Below, piece after piece: positions 19,171 to 28,875 of a stretch of DNA of 64,000 bases. Below the pieces are notes generated by a model. It saw only the letters and a list, made by a program, of their open reading frames with translations. It did no database searches and was not told the DNA's origin. Every line of letters begins with the position of its first letter. Position 1 is the stretch's first letter. The position numbers and the translations under genes are program-made. Origin of the DNA: a virus; the IMG/VR virus record IMGVR_UViG_3300009609_000001, positions 1 to 64,000 of that record; one strand, 5' to 3'.

Positions 19171-19497
19171 TCAAAGAGGCTCCCGCCGGTCGGTGGTGTA
19201 ACTCTGGCAAGTGCCGGCGGGAGCCGTAGGGACCGGCACGGGAACGGGAACCGGAACGCCGAAGTTGCGAACCGGCACTCCGTAGCTGTAGACCGGAACG
19301 CCGAAGTTGAACGACCGAATCTGGGCATTGCGAATCTGCTGGGCGCGAAGGAATGCCAGTTCATTCGCGCGGGCCTGCTGGCGGATAGCCGCTCCTGGAA
19401 ACAGGAATCCACGGCGAACAACTGGCCCGCCAGCCTGGCACATGTCCGCCGCGAGGCAGAGCGCGAGTACGGCGATGAGGGAAATGAGACGCTTCAT
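19171..19497 (-). CDS. small exported protein with GVPV/PV repeats
   Basis: Signal peptide MKRLISLIAVLALCLAADMCQA; AGGAG SD. Confidence 0.65.
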   Translation of the reverse strand: MKRLISLIAVLALCLAADMCQAGGPVVRRGFLFPGAAIRQQARANELAFLRAQQIRNAQIRSFNFGVPVYSYGVPVRNFGVPVPVPVPVPTAPAGTCQSYTTDRREPL

Positions 19498-20239
19498 GGG
19501 GTTTCTCCTAGGGTTGGTTTTCAACGACGTGTTTCGTTGCATTGCTCGAACGTCACGCCGTCCGTTCGACCAAATAACTTTCCATTGACTCGCCAAACCC
19601 TGCCGCCAGACGGGTGTTCTCGTTGTTCGATCAAGCCTTCTTGTGCCATCAGGTCAAGCACTGCGTCAGCTCCATCCCTGCGACTGAATACGCGTGTCCA
19701 GTTCCACTTGAAGTGGTCTGCTAAGTGCGCGACGACTCGCTCTAGTGCCTCACTCACAATTGCCTACATCTGCGGCCCGCGTCCGGTTAGTTGCTGGTGA
19801 TGCTTCTGTAATAGCTCAACCACGGCGTCGAACTTCGCATTGACCGTGTAGCTGATTCCGTCCTGGCTGATGCTGGTTGTGGTGGCTGACTTCTCGACCG
19901 GCGCGCCGCACGTCAAAGGGTTGAATGCGACGCGCTTGTTGTTGAGTGATCCTGTGGCGTTGATGGTGAAGGTGACGTACATATCAATTCAAAACGGCAA
20001 CGCTGATGCCGGCAATTAGCAGCCCGATGCCAAGTATGCCGAACGGGAACGATCTAGGTTCGGTGGCGATTATGTTGTTGACCTCCATTTGGCGGGCCTC
20101 ATCTCTTGCGTCGAAAAGGAAACCCCTGGACCAGAACACTGAACGAGCCATCAGTCTCCGATAAGAGCCACAGCCGCGCAGGAAATACCCCAGCATCAGG
20201 CATCCGGCGCACATCAGGATTTCGTCTGCGTAGTCCATG

Positions 20240-20518
20240 TCACCGTGTCCGTAGTGAGTAAAGTGAAATCCAGAACATAGTCCACAAAAACTGTCCAACC
20301 AGCGACATGGCTGCGAACTGTTTGGCAGACTCAATCACAGCGTCATCTGTAGTTCGTCCCATCCAGTTCGATATGCAACATCCGGCAATACAGGTCAACC
20401 CGGCAATAAACGGTGTAAGAATCCATGCGAGGCCGATCGCGATTGCTCCAATTGTGTCGTCGGGCTTTGCGCCGCTAGTTGCCGGCGAAGCGTATGGATT
20501 CTGGTCGTCAAGTCTCAT
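20240..20518 (-). CDS. small membrane protein with NPYASP motif
   Basis: QNPYASPA followed by two TM segments. Confidence 0.6.
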   Translation of the reverse strand: MRLDDQNPYASPATSGAKPDDTIGAIAIGLAWILTPFIAGLTCIAGCCISNWMGRTTDDAVIESAKQFAAMSLVGQFLWTMFWISLYSLRTR

Positions 20519-20520
20519 GC

Positions 20521-21477
20521 TTACTTGCCTCCCATCGGCTGTGCTGGTTGCGGCGGCGCGGGCGCCGGGTCCGGCGGTGGCGACGAGCCTTGCACGGACA
20601 CGCCTGATTCGACAATCGCCTCGACCTCATCCAAGATGCCGACTTTCTGCGCTTGTGTTGGTTGCTTTTCTTTAGCCGGCGGCATGGTGATAACCTTGAC
20701 AACTTTCCCGGTTTCGTCCCTCACTTTTTTTCCGCTGGACAATACCTGGCTGATGGTCAAATACTTCGACTGCATGCGTTCATCGCCAATCACAAAGCCG
20801 CCCTTTGCTTCCGTCTGGTCGTGGCAGCGAGTGCAGAACTGCGCGAGCAACGGGTACGGCTGTGGCGGCGGTGCCGTCTCTGCTTGGTACTTTTGGCCGT
20901 TGTAAGGCTGGCCTCCCATGTAACCGTTCGCCTGCCCGTTGATCGCCTGCAATTGCTGCTGGTTCAGCGGGGTGACTTGCACGCCGTTTGCGCTATGCGT
21001 CACGACCACGGCGGACGACTGGCCTTGCGCTTGATAGCCAGGTGTCAGGCCAGCGGCGTTCAAAACCATCGCGGCGCTTTGGCCGACGGCATACTGTTGG
21101 GCGATGGGTGCATCGAGTTCTGCGAACCGCACGGCCTGCGCATCGACGCGCGCCATTGAGGCTGCCCCGACGCTATTGAATGCCAAGAGCAGTTGCTGCT
21201 GGCCGTGCATGAATGCGTTCCTGTCAAAGTACGGGTACGCCCCTTGCTGATAACCGCCGTTGCTCACGCCGAGACTCGCACCCTGCGCGACGAGTGGCGT
21301 TGGTGTGCCGGCATTCTGGATGACATAGACATTGCTTTGCACTTGCTGAAGCGGTGGCGGCGGGACGTAAGCCTTCGGCACGTAGCGGCACGATCGGTAA
21401 TTTCCGCACCGGAAGCAGGCTTGGGCATCAGAAGCAAATCCCAGCAACACGGCGATGGCAAGTAGCGTTCTCATCAA
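20521..21477 (-). CDS. exported monoheme cytochrome c domain protein
   Basis: Signal peptide (AQA); CTRCH heme motif followed by KGG and a distal MPP. Confidence 0.75.
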   Translation of the reverse strand: MMRTLLAIAVLLGFASDAQACFRCGNYRSCRYVPKAYVPPPPLQQVQSNVYVIQNAGTPTPLVAQGASLGVSNGGYQQGAYPYFDRNAFMHGQQQLLLAFNSVGAASMARVDAQAVRFAELDAPIAQQYAVGQSAAMVLNAAGLTPGYQAQGQSSAVVVTHSANGVQVTPLNQQQLQAINGQANGYMGGQPYNGQKYQAETAPPPQPYPLLAQFCTRCHDQTEAKGGFVIGDERMQSKYLTISQVLSSGKKVRDETGKVVKVITMPPAKEKQPTQAQKVGILDEVEAIVESGVSVQGSSPPPDPAPAPPQPAQPMGGK

Positions 21478-23258
21478 TTGTTCTCCCCGGCGAAAAGGGT
21501 TCGGTTTGGCAAGGCTCGCCGCATCAAGTCAACGTGCAGCGGGTCGTAATCGTCCGGCTTAATCAGCGCCCCATTTCGCATCAGGCCGATCAGTAAATCT
21601 TCCCCGCTTCCCTTGGGAAGCGCCGGCACGAGCTTCCGCAGCACGGCGGTCCCCTGTCCTTCGGGAACGCGCACGCCGAGGCGCAGGCACACGCCGTCAG
21701 CACTGATCCCGCCGTGAGTCGCAAACACTGGCTTGCCTTCCTTGTCGGACCCAGCGCGGACAGAGGAAGTCGGGTAACGCTGCGAGTGATAGATTTCTTT
21801 GACCTTTTGGCCGAGCCGCTGAACTGGACTCGGCCCATCGGCAATCACGGGGTAGTCGGTGAGATAGGAAACGGCCTTAACGAAGTCCCGCCGGGCACGG
21901 CCAAGGATTCCGTCGCCCAGGTAAATCGGCTCGCCATAGCGGCCGACGACAACGGCCTCGGCTTGCTGCTTGTTGAGCGTGACTTTCTTGCCGCGGCGCG
22001 TGAAGCTGAACTCGTCACCGAAGTAATCCACGTCGCTTCCTAACAACAGTTCCATGTCGTTGCGCTTCGTTTTGTAGCCGTCGTCCGGCGAGTGACAAAC
22101 TACGCACGACATGCCCATTTCCAGTTCTTTTGTGTGGCCGTCTGGCTTCGTCGAGTCCACCACGATATCGGGTGGAGCGGAGCGGAGGATATTTCCCTTG
22201 GCGTCTGTCAGCACGTACTCAAGCAATCCGTTCGTCAGCGGAATGAAAATCTCGTTGGCATCGCTGAACGCCACGAACTCCACAAGGTTGCGGATGAATT
22301 GCTCGTCTGGACGCGTGCGGCTGTCCTTGAAATCGAACGTGATAACCGTAGGTCGCCCGCCTCCAGTCAGCCCGGACAGACACAATACTATGCGGGTTTT
22401 CCCCGTCACATCCGACTGCAAAAGCAGACAGCCCTTGTCGCCCAATCGCTCGATTGACTCCTCCAGGAAGAATCCCCGCTTGTCGAACAGCGATTGGATA
22501 GGTGTTCCCTTCTCCACCTTGAAATCGATCTGGCGGAATTCGGGATACTTCCCGCGAACGCTCGTCAGCAGTTGCTCAAGCAGGAAGTCGGCAGGGTAGA
22601 TGCCGCCCGTCGAGCGAGTGAGTTGCGTAATGAGCACGTCCAACCGCTGGGACTTTTCCGGCTCTGTGACGTGGCGAGCCAATGCGGCTTCCAGATGCGG
22701 AGCCAGCACGAAGATTCGTTTTTTCACCTGCACGGTTTTCTTTTGCTTGACCGGCTGTCGCGTGCGCGGATCGGTGACGGTGACCTCTTGCACCGTGTCA
22801 ACGAGATTGTCTTTAGGGACGTGCAGCCTCGATTCACGCTCTGCCAGGCTGTCCCAGGTCTCGATCAGCCGGGCGCATTGCACCGGGTCGGGCGCGAGCC
22901 GCTGAAGGTTGTAAGCCAGCAAAAAACCACCGGCATGAATATCCGCTTTAACGAGCACTGTAGTCTGCGAGCAACTAGCGTTGACCGCGAAGTTCATCAC
23001 ACCAATCCATTCGGCATCGGCGAACGGTGGAAGCCAAACGAATCTCAGATACGGTAGGACCGATGGATCATTCTCGGCGTATTGAATGAGGGCTGAAAAT
23101 GCCCACCCGACGGCATCCACCTCGGTCGGGAGCAACTCAATCGCCGGAGTAGTAGGCTTTGCCGGTGCCGCAGGCTTTGCGGGTGGCGCAGAAACCTGAC
23201 CGTGCGTGGAACACGAAAGCAAAACAATTGCGGCAATTATGATTAGCTTCGTTTTCAT
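21474..23258 (-). CDS. large exported CxxCH (c-type heme) protein
   Basis: Signal peptide; D..E....L.NGL..Y.L.DAKGN....AP.DIV...SCVVCH. Confidence 0.7.
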   Translation of the reverse strand: MKTKLIIIAAIVLLSCSTHGQVSAPPAKPAAPAKPTTPAIELLPTEVDAVGWAFSALIQYAENDPSVLPYLRFVWLPPFADAEWIGVMNFAVNASCSQTTVLVKADIHAGGFLLAYNLQRLAPDPVQCARLIETWDSLAERESRLHVPKDNLVDTVQEVTVTDPRTRQPVKQKKTVQVKKRIFVLAPHLEAALARHVTEPEKSQRLDVLITQLTRSTGGIYPADFLLEQLLTSVRGKYPEFRQIDFKVEKGTPIQSLFDKRGFFLEESIERLGDKGCLLLQSDVTGKTRIVLCLSGLTGGGRPTVITFDFKDSRTRPDEQFIRNLVEFVAFSDANEIFIPLTNGLLEYVLTDAKGNILRSAPPDIVVDSTKPDGHTKELEMGMSCVVCHSPDDGYKTKRNDMELLLGSDVDYFGDEFSFTRRGKKVTLNKQQAEAVVVGRYGEPIYLGDGILGRARRDFVKAVSYLTDYPVIADGPSPVQRLGQKVKEIYHSQRYPTSSVRAGSDKEGKPVFATHGGISADGVCLRLGVRVPEGQGTAVLRKLVPALPKGSGEDLLIGLMRNGALIKPDDYDPLHVDLMRRALPNRTLFAGENN

Positions 23259-23794
23259 GCTCGCGGACGCTTCGACTTAGCCCTAAGTTCTGCGACATAT
23301 ATCCGGCTGATGCCAAACTGATTCGCAATGACAGCCTGGCGAATTCCAAGGTCACATTGCCTCCTGATCTCAACGACATCAGCGTTCGACAGTTTTGTGT
23401 TGTAGTGGTCCTCGCCGCTGTGATTGAGTCCGGTGTCGAATGCGTGGCGAATGTTGATCTTTCCCGTAACCCACTCTAGGTTGCTTGGCAAATTATTCGC
23501 CTTGTTGCCGTCCTTGTGATTGATTTCGTGGCCCGATGGGCGTGGCCCAATAAAGGCTTCCGCAACTAAGTGATGCACCTTGCGCGTTGTGTGATTTGGA
23601 GAAATAATGACGTAAGCATATCCGTTTTTGTCAGTTTTTAACTTCAAGACTCGGCCAGGCATTGGGCGAGTGTATGGCTGTCCATGCCAAAGAGACTCAA
23701 TATCGCGATCCAAACTACGAACCCGCCCGAGATCGCTGACTTCGTAAAACTGGTGTCCTACAACTTGACGCCAAACTTCTGCTACGATCTCCAT
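23255..23794 (-). CDS. NUMOD4-HNH homing endonuclease with C-terminal HTH
   Basis: EVWR.V.G..YEVSDLGRVRS; VHHLVAEAF; INHKDGNKANN...NLEWVT; own AAGGA SD. Confidence 0.9.
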   Translation of the reverse strand: MEIVAEVWRQVVGHQFYEVSDLGRVRSLDRDIESLWHGQPYTRPMPGRVLKLKTDKNGYAYVIISPNHTTRKVHHLVAEAFIGPRPSGHEINHKDGNKANNLPSNLEWVTGKINIRHAFDTGLNHSGEDHYNTKLSNADVVEIRRQCDLGIRQAVIANQFGISRIYVAELRAKSKRPRA

Positions 23795-24172
23795 TGTCGA
23801 TCCTTTCCTACGAAGGGTTGACCACGCCTCCGGCTGCTTCAACAGCGCGGGGGCACTTTTGTTGTGAATGATATGCACTGCCTGCGCAGCCGCCGGCACG
23901 GCGATAATCAGGGAAGTCAGGATGATGGTTTCGACTTTCACTTCAGCACTTCCATCGCGTCGTCCAAATGCCACAACTGTTCCGGCTTGCCATACCAGCA
24001 CCGTTTTCAGATGGAGCACTTTCCCATCGGCCTCTTTCACGACGTGCGCCACGCAGGCCAGGTGCTCATCGTGTTCCGCCGGCCCGACAAGCAGGCCGCA
24101 GACCGGGTGCCCGCCGGCTATGCCGACTACACGGTCACCGATCGTTGCTGCGCGGCCGTTCTTGTATTTCAT
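23795..24172 (-). CDS. hypothetical protein read in-frame into the HNH gene
   Basis: MKYKNGR.A..GD start; no stop before the HNH ATG. Confidence 0.45.
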
Positions 24173-25146
24173 GGGTCCAAGACTGTTTTTCGCGTTTGGT
24201 CGAGGCCGCCGATGTCCGACGTGAGGATGAGCGGCGGCCCGAGTGGTCGCTGTGGTTCAATCCTTCTCAGTCGCTCCTGCATATCGCCGACTTGGCCTTG
24301 GAGAATCTGAACGTCAGCGTTCTGACTGCGAATTCTTGTCCCATCCTCCACGGCTTGCGTCCAGTTCCGCTCGTTCTGCTCGCGGTCCAGTCTGCGGACA
24401 TAGTGCCACTGAATGTCCGTGTTGGCCTCAAGCAATCGCAGCCGGTTGATCGTGTCCCGCTGGCTGCGCGTCGCAGTGCCGTAGCCGGCCATCCAGGTTG
24501 CCGTGAGGACGGTAGAAGCCAGCAGGGTTCTGAGCGTGAATTGCATCATGGCTCACTCGAAACTTGAATTCAGTTGCCCGCTCACGTAATCCCCGGTCGG
24601 TCGCTTGGCGGCTTCGTGCCAGTCAACAAAACATGCTGAAGCACTGAACGCACAATCACCAAGAATTTTACCGTTTCGGGCTACCTCCCTCCCCTTTGCA
24701 CGGCAGCCACAACCGCCCGCATGGCCCGCACGATCTGCTCACCGCTGCTCTTAGGAGTTATCTGCGACAGGACAGCGGTGACTTGCCTGCCGAGATTCTG
24801 CGGCGAGCGGTAGGTGGATTTGCAGTGTTTTGATTTGGTCATTCTCGCATCAGCACAACGCAGCCTCCGATGACCGAGCCCACCATCAGGCTCGCAATTA
24901 TCAGCCCCGCCAGCATCAACGTGATCGCGTTCATTTCCATAACCCCATCAGATAAACTCTTGGCCAGGAATTCGCTTTAGTTTCTCAAGAAACCGCTGCT
25001 TGCATTCGTCGCACCGGCAGTACATCCCATCTTCACGATACGCGGCAGGCTCCCTGTCCTCCGCGGTGAAGATGAAACTCACGACGGCAGCAAGTCCAAC
25101 GGCGACTAAGATCACTGTCATTTCCACAGCCCCAGTTCTTGTTCAC

Positions 25147-25506
25147 TCAGTGAATGTACTCGCGGGCAAAACGACACAGCGCCAGAAAGATTTCATCCTT
25201 GATGCGCTCGGCCGCGTGTAGCTCCTCAAACGGAACCATGTCTGGGTGCGTCTTGGCCTCACGATCGCGAACTGGTCCGTACTTCCAGCCCATTGCCTCA
25301 TAGGCACGCCACCACGAATCATGCTCTGCCTTGGGAGTCGTCTCATACCCATTCGCGCAAATCCGCTCAATGGTGGCAATGAACTGCGTGCGGAAAGCTT
25401 CTTCGCGTTGTTCCCACGGCTCTGGGATAATTGGCCGCTGCGAGGCAACACACTCAATGCGTGCGGCCTCGTAGATGTAGATGGCTCGACGTTCGGTGAG
25501 TGTCAT
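25147..25506 (-). CDS. RyR-domain phage protein
   Basis: EHDSW......GWKYGPVRD...KTHPDMVPFEEL....R.KD. Confidence 0.85.
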   Translation of the reverse strand: MTLTERRAIYIYEAARIECVASQRPIIPEPWEQREEAFRTQFIATIERICANGYETTPKAEHDSWWRAYEAMGWKYGPVRDREAKTHPDMVPFEELHAAERIKDEIFLALCRFAREYIH

Positions 25507-26267
25507 TGCCACAACCCCAGTAGTTCCGTATCGCTGAACAGCCCCGGCTCGATCTCATTCGCCAGCAACCCGTGCGCAATCGCCCCCGGATGCACGCCGT
25601 CAACGGTGACATACTCGCGGCTGCCAAACTTCGGAAAGCCGACCAGTTGCAAGTCGCCGACCTTTGGCGGACTCAACAGCACGCGCTCGTACCAGTCGCC
25701 GAAGTCGATGATGCGAAATCGCGTGCTGGTGCTCAAAAGCTGCCGCAGTTCCTTGTTGAAAAACGCGATGTGGCTATCCGCGCACACGGCTTCATTGAGG
25801 GTCAGCCTGTAGCTCGGCGGCTGCAAGACGTGGAAGCTCGGCAGCGTGGTCAGGAACACCGTGGCCGATTCCGGGATGGCGGCGCAGGCTGTCTTGAGGT
25901 TGCTCACCATGCGGTCCGATAGCTTGTCGGCCTCGACGTGCGAGCCGCGCGCGTGCTGGGTCAGCAGCCCGTCGCGCTTCTTCGACATGCCAACGTCGTT
26001 GACGCCCATGTCCACGAACGCGCAGGTGATTTTTTTCCTGCGCACGGCTGGCATCGCCGTGATACGCTTGGCAATCACCGTTGACGGCGTGCCCGGCATG
26101 GCGAGGTTCTCATACGTGTCGCCGGCCAACTTGCTGCCGAGCTTGCGGAACAGCAGACCGGGCGCGCACTCGCCGAAGTCTTTGGCCTTGCCGATTGGCG
26201 GGAATCGCGCCATGCCCCACAGGCTGTTTCCGACTACCAGAGTGTTGTCGAAGCTCACGCCGTGCAT
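25503..26267 (-). CDS. SGNH/GDSL hydrolase
   Basis: GNSL block I, G.ND block III, DGVHP block V. Confidence 0.8.
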   Translation of the reverse strand: MHGVSFDNTLVVGNSLWGMARFPPIGKAKDFGECAPGLLFRKLGSKLAGDTYENLAMPGTPSTVIAKRITAMPAVRRKKITCAFVDMGVNDVGMSKKRDGLLTQHARGSHVEADKLSDRMVSNLKTACAAIPESATVFLTTLPSFHVLQPPSYRLTLNEAVCADSHIAFFNKELRQLLSTSTRFRIIDFGDWYERVLLSPPKVGDLQLVGFPKFGSREYVTVDGVHPGAIAHGLLANEIEPGLFSDTELLGLWQ

Positions 26268-26425
26268 ATCAGTTTCCTAACAGCCTCATCAACGCCACGG
26301 TCGCACCCACCAACGCCAAGCCGCCAATCACCCCCAACAGCCCGCCGCAGACCGCGCCCAGGAATCGCCCGGCACGAAGGCCACGGTCGAATTCCAAGTC
26401 GAGGTCTTGTGGTAATGACATATAC

Positions 26426-27652
26426 TCACCTTGTGGCGAGCCTGCCTTCCCGCTTCATCTGGCTTGCTTGATTTTGCGCAACGAGCGCAGAATCAGCGGC
26501 AAGGTCCATCGACGGGCGAATTGCTCCGGTTACCGCCAGAGCGCGAGCTAAGATCACCTGCGCCGCCGCGTGGTCCCTATGGCAGGTCAGGCCACACGCG
26601 CAAGAGTGGGTTCGCTCGGATAGTTTCTTTGGCTTGACCGCTCCACAGTTGGGACATTCTTGGCTGGTGTATCTGGCGTCAACCTCAACCAGTTGCGAGC
26701 CGGCGCATTCTGCCTTGCTTCGCAACTGACTGAGGAAGATCGACCAACCAGCATCGTGAATGCTCTTTCCAAATCGCGAGCGAACCATGCCCGCTACGTT
26801 CAGGTTTTCCACGGCAATCAGATCGTATTTCCGCACCAGTGCCGTGCTGTGCTGGTGGGCAAAGTTCCTGCGCTGGTCGGCTACTTGCTCGTGCTTGCGA
26901 GCCAAGGCGTTGATCGCCTTGCGACGGCGATTGCTGCCTTTCTTCCGGCGCGACACGCGACGCTGCAAGGCTCGCACACTACTGGACGATCTGGCAAGGT
27001 ATCTCGGGTTTTCAATTTGCTCGCCGTCGCTCAGTGTGGCAAAGCTCGCTAGGCCCACGTCGATGCCGATTGCTGACTCAACGTGCCGCTTGTCCGGCAA
27101 CGGCGGCTGCTTGCCATCATCCAGGATTATTTGGGCGTACCATCCTGTGGCACGCTTGATGACGCAGATGCCTTTTTGCAATCCTTCCGGGAGCAGTCGT
27201 CCGCGGCAGCGGATCGTGCCAAAATTCGGCACGCGGATGCGGTCGCCTTTCAGGTAGGTGCTGCTGGAATCCAAACACTCCATTGAATTCCAACGGCTTG
27301 CGGATTTGAATCGCGGGAATCCAGGGTGGTTGCCTGCTTTGAAGCGTCGAAAAAACGCTTTCATCCCACGGTCAACGCGGCGCAGTGCATCGCGTTCAAA
27401 ATCCACTGGCACAGAACGCAATGAAGCAATTCGACCACGCAAATCAGTCAACCATGCGGTTTGCGTGTACAAGCTGACCGACTCGCCGCGTCGTCGATAA
27501 GCCTTGATCCGCATTTCCAGTGCTTGGTTGTGTAACCAACAGCAAGTGCGCAGCCACCGCTCCAGGGTCTTAATCTGGGCTTGGTTGGGGTACAGCTTGT
27601 ACTGGAAAATGCGGATCATAGGTCTTGGCGGGATGGCGGCAGCATGGGTCAT
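26426..27652 (-). CDS. tnpB: RNA-guided endonuclease TnpB (IS200/IS605 family)
   Basis: N-terminal YKLYP; GIDVG, VENL and RD RuvC residues; CPNC/CAC zinc finger. Confidence 0.93.
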   Translation of the reverse strand: MTHAAAIPPRPMIRIFQYKLYPNQAQIKTLERWLRTCCWLHNQALEMRIKAYRRRGESVSLYTQTAWLTDLRGRIASLRSVPVDFERDALRRVDRGMKAFFRRFKAGNHPGFPRFKSASRWNSMECLDSSSTYLKGDRIRVPNFGTIRCRGRLLPEGLQKGICVIKRATGWYAQIILDDGKQPPLPDKRHVESAIGIDVGLASFATLSDGEQIENPRYLARSSSSVRALQRRVSRRKKGSNRRRKAINALARKHEQVADQRRNFAHQHSTALVRKYDLIAVENLNVAGMVRSRFGKSIHDAGWSIFLSQLRSKAECAGSQLVEVDARYTSQECPNCGAVKPKKLSERTHSCACGLTCHRDHAAAQVILARALAVTGAIRPSMDLAADSALVAQNQASQMKREGRLATR

Positions 27653-28875
27653 GCACCCAACAGGATCGGCAACAGCTTCGTCAGCACGCTCACCAGCTTG
27701 GCCCAGTCGAACTTCATGGCGGACGCCTTCTGCTGGAAACTGATGGTTCCATCGCCAGTGCCCAGCAGCATGTTGAGCAGGGCCACGAACGCCGTCATGG
27801 CCGCTTGCATGTCGCCAGCCTTGAGTGCGTTCGTCAGTTCAATCACCTTGCCAATCACGCCGCCGATAGCGCTAGCCTTGGCCTCTTCCAACTGAATTCC
27901 GTCGGCCGGGATGCAGGTCTCCAACTCGTCGCCCAAAGCGACCAACTCTGCTTGATTTTCCACGGGGATTTCTCCTTGTGTTGACAACTTCAAAACCTTC
28001 CAACCGGGCGGCAGGCGGAGATGCACCGTCTTGGCCGCAAAATCCATATTCATGTCCAACCCCTTGCCGACCGGAGGCTCCGGCGGCGGGGGCGGCGCTG
28101 TCTGCTTGGGATAAATCTTGGCGACAAAATCGATGTCCTGCGGTGCAATGTCGGAACCGCCGACAATCGGTCTGCCGTCGCGCGTGATGATGCCCGGCAA
28201 GCTGTAGGTCATCACCGATGTTTCGTCGGCATCAGGCGTTCCCATCAACGACGATTCAGCGAGGGGCGTCAGAACTTGCTGTTGCACCATCGTTGCCGAC
28301 CACCCCTGAGTCTGCTTGAAATAAGCGATTGCTTTTGCCGGGTCGATGCGATTGACGATAGCGCTCCGCATGTGCTCGTGCGGGAATCCGAGCGTGTGCC
28401 CGGTTTCATGCCGCACGACACGGCGAAATTCAGCGTCCGATATGCTCATCGTGAACGCCTGCAAGCACATCGTCGCTTCGTTTTTTGGAATGTGGAAAAT
28501 GTCGGTGCCGAGATACGACCAGTAGCCTTCCTGCGAACGGGTGATGCGGACCTGCGAGTCTGTTGGGGAGTAAACGAAATTGACATTCGCGTACTCGCTC
28601 CAGGCATTCATGTGAGCCAGGATGCGTTTTCGCAAATCATCTGGCGTCGGCTCCATAAATCCGACCGTCAAGCGAACGCCCTTTGCACCCCAATACTTCG
28701 ACGTGAGAACTGCGAGGTGATCCGGCGGCAGCACCATGCCGGTGCTTGCGGCAGACTCACCGGCCGGGCGATTGATGGGATTTTGGACGATGGCTGTACG
28801 GGCCGCATCGATCGATACGTCGTAGGGCAAATACTTCGGCGTGCAAGGCAGGTCTAAGGCGGCCGTACTTGGCAT
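27649..28875 (-). CDS. metzincin (astacin/matrixin-like) zinc metalloprotease with amphipathic C-terminal extension
   Basis: HETGHTLGFPHEH and Met-turn SVMTY. Confidence 0.88.
   Translation of the reverse strand: MPSTAALDLPCTPKYLPYDVSIDAARTAIVQNPINRPAGESAASTGMVLPPDHLAVLTSKYWGAKGVRLTVGFMEPTPDDLRKRILAHMNAWSEYANVNFVYSPTDSQVRITRSQEGYWSYLGTDIFHIPKNEATMCLQAFTMSISDAEFRRVVRHETGHTLGFPHEHMRSAIVNRIDPAKAIAYFKQTQGWSATMVQQQVLTPLAESSLMGTPDADETSVMTYSLPGIITRDGRPIVGGSDIAPQDIDFVAKIYPKQTAPPPPPEPPVGKGLDMNMDFAAKTVHLRLPPGWKVLKLSTQGEIPVENQAELVALGDELETCIPADGIQLEEAKASAIGGVIGKVIELTNALKAGDMQAAMTAFVALLNMLLGTGDGTISFQQKASAMKFDWAKLVSVLTKLLPILLGA

Noticed and set aside
24550-25125. Apparent non-coding gap
   Set aside because: It is mostly filled by minus-strand ORFs under 60 aa, below the track cutoff.
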